Of a stretch of DNA of 64,000 nt, positions 61,161 to 64,000 are shown in pieces. The stretch spans positions 3,466 to 67,465 of the forward strand of contig NZ_JAUXVZ010000039.1 in the NCBI RefSeq assembly GCF_030680185.1, in the 5' to 3' direction. The stretch is from Phenylobacterium sp. Its GTDB lineage: Bacteria > Pseudomonadota > Alphaproteobacteria > Caulobacterales > Caulobacteraceae. The notes below the pieces were generated by a model. That model was not told the DNA's origin, searched no databases, and saw nothing but the letters and a program-made list of their open reading frames with translations. How positions within the stretch are numbered: position 1 is the stretch's first letter; each line of letters opens with the position of its first letter. The translations under genes were made by a program, and so were the position numbers.

Positions 61161-61237
61161 GGTCTGGCTCCGGTTGCGCGCAGGGGTGATAGCCGTAAAG
61201 GGGCCAGCTTGTCCCGCCTCGACCAGCCCGGCCTTGG

Positions 61238-61250
61238 TGACGCCACGTCA
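61238..61250. promoter_or_regulatory. Operator-like palindrome upstream of the acyl-CoA dehydrogenase
   Basis: TGACG-CCA-CGTCA; regulator not identified. Confidence 0.3.
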
Positions 61251-61288
61251 TCGCGCCTAAATAGCGCCCTGCCAATCTGGAGCCCCGC

Positions 61289-63037
61289 ATGACCTTCCGC
61301 GCGCCCGTCCGCGACATCGCCTTCGCCCTCAACGTCGCCGGCCACGGGGACCTGGCCAAGGCGAGCTTTCCGGAGCTGGACGAGGCCACGATCGAAGCCG
61401 TGCTGGACGCCGCCGGCGCCTTCACCACAGACGTGCTCGCCCCCTTGAACCGCATCGGCGACCAAAAGGGCGCGAGCCACAAGGACGGCAAGGTCACCGC
61501 CGCGCCGGGCTTCGCCGAGGCCTATCGCGCCTTTTCCGAACAGGGTTGGAACAGCCTGTCGGCCGAGCCCGAGCATGGGGGCCAGGGCCTGCCCAAGGCC
61601 ATGGAACTGGCCGTCTTCGAAATGGTCCATGCGGCCAACATGGCCTTTGGCCTCTGCCCCATGCTGACCCAGGCGGCCATTGAGGCGCTGACCCTGCACG
61701 GGGACGAACGCCAGAAGCGCCTCGTCCTGCCGAAGCTCGTGTCCGGCGAATGGACCGGCACCATGAACCTGACCGAGCCCCAGGCCGGCACGGACCTCGC
61801 GGCGCTCACCACCCGGGCCGAGCCAGACGGGAACGGCGGCTACAGGCTCTATGGCCAGAAGATCTTCATCACCTGGGGCGACCACGATGCGGTGGACAAT
61901 ATCTGCCACCTGGTGCTGGCCAGGCTGCCCGACGCGCCGCCAGGCGTGAAGGGCATCTCGCTGTTCCTGGCCACCAAGCGGCTGGTCAAGGATGACGGGT
62001 CGCTGGGCGAGGCCAACGCCCTTTGGCCCGCCTCCATCGAACACAAGCTGGGCATCCACGCCTCGCCCACCTGCGTGATGATGTTCGACGGCGCCCAGGC
62101 CGAGCTGGTTGGCGAGCTCAACCAGGGCCTGGCCCACATGTTCGTCATGATGAACGCCGCACGCCTGCAGGTCGGCGTCGAGGGCGTCGGCATCGCCGAG
62201 CGGGCCTTCCAGCAGGCGCTGGCCTACGCCCAGGACCGCATGCAAGGGCGATCGGCCTGGACCGGCGCCTCGCCGGCGCCGATCTACGACCATCCCGATG
62301 TGCGCCGCACCCTGATGCTGATGAAGGCGAAGATCGAGGCGGCCCGCGGCATCTGCTTCATGACTGGCGTGCTGGCCGACCATGCGCGTCTGGCGCCGAC
62401 GCCCGAGGCCCAGGCCGGCGCCAAGGCGCGCCAGGAGTTGCTGACCCCCATCGCCAAGGCCTGGTCCACCGACATGGGGGTCGAGGTGGCCTCCATGGGC
62501 GTGCAGATCCACGGGGGCATGGGCTTCATCGAGGAGACCGGGGCGGCCCAGCACTATCGCGACGCCCGCATCGCCCCGATCTATGAGGGCGCCAACGGCA
62601 TCCAGGCCCTGGACCTGACCGGCCGCAAGCTCGGCATGGCCGACGGCGCGGTGATGGATGCCCTGTGCGCCGAGATGGCCATGACCGCCGAAGCGCTGAC
62701 CGAACGCGCGGACCTGACCGAAGCCGGCCGCCGCCTGGCCGAGGGGGTGCGGGCCCTGGAGGCCGCCACGGACTGGTTGCTGGCCAACCGGGGGACCGAC
62801 TCCGCGGCCGGCGCGACGCCCTATCTGAAGCTGGCCGGGGACGTGATCGGCGGCTTCGTCCTGGCCCGGCAGGCCCTGGCCGCCGCGGGCTCGGACGATC
62901 CCTGGATGCAGGCGAGGCTGCCGCTCCTGCGCCTCTATGCGGCTCAGGTCCTGGCCGGCGCCGGGGGCCTCGTGGCCGCGGTGACCCAGGGGGCGGCGGA
63001 GCTGGAGGCGGTGAGCGCCGAGGCGCTGGGCGGCTGA
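61289..63037 (+). CDS. Acyl-CoA dehydrogenase
   Basis: TMNLTEPQAGTDL, GQKIFITWGDH, EHKLGIHASPT, GGMGFIEE, IYEGANGIQ. Confidence 0.94.
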   Translation: MTFRAPVRDIAFALNVAGHGDLAKASFPELDEATIEAVLDAAGAFTTDVLAPLNRIGDQKGASHKDGKVTAAPGFAEAYRAFSEQGWNSLSAEPEHGGQGLPKAMELAVFEMVHAANMAFGLCPMLTQAAIEALTLHGDERQKRLVLPKLVSGEWTGTMNLTEPQAGTDLAALTTRAEPDGNGGYRLYGQKIFITWGDHDAVDNICHLVLARLPDAPPGVKGISLFLATKRLVKDDGSLGEANALWPASIEHKLGIHASPTCVMMFDGAQAELVGELNQGLAHMFVMMNAARLQVGVEGVGIAERAFQQALAYAQDRMQGRSAWTGASPAPIYDHPDVRRTLMLMKAKIEAARGICFMTGVLADHARLAPTPEAQAGAKARQELLTPIAKAWSTDMGVEVASMGVQIHGGMGFIEETGAAQHYRDARIAPIYEGANGIQALDLTGRKLGMADGAVMDALCAEMAMTAEALTERADLTEAGRRLAEGVRALEAATDWLLANRGTDSAAGATPYLKLAGDVIGGFVLARQALAAAGSDDPWMQARLPLLRLYAAQVLAGAGGLVAAVTQGAAELEAVSAEALGG

Positions 63038-63042
63038 CAGGC

Positions 63043-63690
63043 TCACACGCCCTCGTCCACCGCCTGGACGATCCTGGCCCGGCCGCCGCGGATCTGGAAG
63101 AACAACCCCTTCTCGCCATCATTGGCGAGGTTCAGCACGCCTTCGACCTCGATGAGGTGGTAGCCGGCGCGGATGGGGCGATCCAGCCAGACCTCGATCA
63201 CCTCATTGGGTTCGGCGGGCGGGTGATAGAAGCAGACCGGCGTATAGGGCGAGATCAGGAAACGGCGGGTCTGCTCGGCCATCTCCAGGGGCAGCATGAA
63301 GCCCTGGATCCTGAACGGCTTGCCGGCCAGCTCGCGCACGGCGGCCGGGTGGCTGGCCTGGAAGAGCTGGCTGTCCTCGTCCACCCAGACGCGGGTCTGT
63401 CGAAGCTTCTCCCACTGGGGGCCGTCCGCGGTCGGCAGGGTCAGTTGCAGGGCGCGTTCGCCGGCAAGCTCCTGCGCCATCGGGCTCTGGCCGGATTCGA
63501 AGTCGGCCCAGATGTCGTCGACCGCGGCCGGCGTCGGAGCCATGTCCGGCTCCTCCAGCGCCTCGGCGGGCGCCGCCTGCGGTAGCGCCGTCTCCGATAG
63601 CGCCGGCGTCTCGGGCGCCTCAGGCGGCGGCCCGCAGGCGGTCAGGACGAGTAGCGCCAGCGTCAGGGCGGGGTCAGGTCGAATGGGCAT
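63043..63690 (-). CDS. DUF3299 family lipoprotein
   Basis: Lipobox LTAC; IQGFMLPLE, FLISPYTPVCFYHPPAEPNEVIEV. Confidence 0.85.
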   Translation of the reverse strand: MPIRPDPALTLALLVLTACGPPPEAPETPALSETALPQAAPAEALEEPDMAPTPAAVDDIWADFESGQSPMAQELAGERALQLTLPTADGPQWEKLRQTRVWVDEDSQLFQASHPAAVRELAGKPFRIQGFMLPLEMAEQTRRFLISPYTPVCFYHPPAEPNEVIEVWLDRPIRAGYHLIEVEGVLNLANDGEKGLFFQIRGGRARIVQAVDEGV

Positions 63691-64000
63691 GAGAGTGGCG
63701 GGCCGCCCGGCTCTTCCAGTTCATGAGGTGGGCGCTGGCCAGGGTCAGGCCGCCGGCCACCGTCAGGAGCGTCTCGGCGTCGTGAAAGACCAGGCCCGAC
63801 ACCAGCAGAGCAAGGCCGGAGGCGGCCAGGCTGATCGGCCTCAGGCGTCGGGGTTGCGCCAGCAGCAGGGCGCCGACCGACAGGGGCGCGGCCAGGATGA
63901 CGAAGGCCAGGTGAACCCACTCGGCCTCGCCCCAAAGACCCACCAGAGGGGCGAAGGCGGCGGCCACCGGGAGCGCCAGACAGTGGATCAGGCAGAGGCC
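63674..64000 (-). CDS. MerC-domain membrane protein (5' end beyond the window)
   Basis: Reading frame stays open to the window edge with CLIHCLALP; His-rich C-terminus HSHAH. Confidence 0.8.
   Translation of the reverse strand, partial: GLCLIHCLALPVAAAFAPLVGLWGEAEWVHLAFVILAAPLSVGALLLAQPRRLRPISLAASGLALLVSGLVFHDAETLLTVAGGLTLASAHLMNWKSRAARHSHAHST

Overview
High-GC alphaproteobacterial chromosome segment. The gene content and order (ccrM, mutY, dciA, dsbA, smc, the F0 atp genes, gcvTHPP with a tandem glycine riboswitch, argS, ispH-thrB-rnhA) point to Caulobacteraceae (Caulobacter/Phenylobacterium-like); this assignment is inferred. About 74 genuine CDSs are present, mostly housekeeping and fatty-acid/aromatic catabolism genes. 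I saw no rRNA, tRNA, CRISPR array, integrase or transposase. Accessory items are a ~4.8 kb islet bounded by a duplicated terminator-containing repeat, a ccdAB-type toxin-antitoxin pair, an arsR-arsI pair and three palindromic intergenic repeats. The four most interesting unexplained signals are: (1) a complete leader-peptide/antiterminator/terminator attenuator in front of a GNAT acetyltransferase rather than an amino-acid biosynthesis gene; (2) a structured ~130-nt 5' leader in front of a Ca2+/Na+ antiporter, with a hairpin-sequestered Shine-Dalgarno and a translationally coupled 15-aa uORF (riboswitch-like); (3) a protein with two LuxR-type HTHs fused to an alpha/beta-hydrolase fold whose catalytic Ser and His both appear replaced by Arg, paired with a second LuxR-type regulator just upstream of ccrM; (4) a secreted protein built from five 4-Cys repeats. 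All gene names come from motif recognition by eye, not from database searches.
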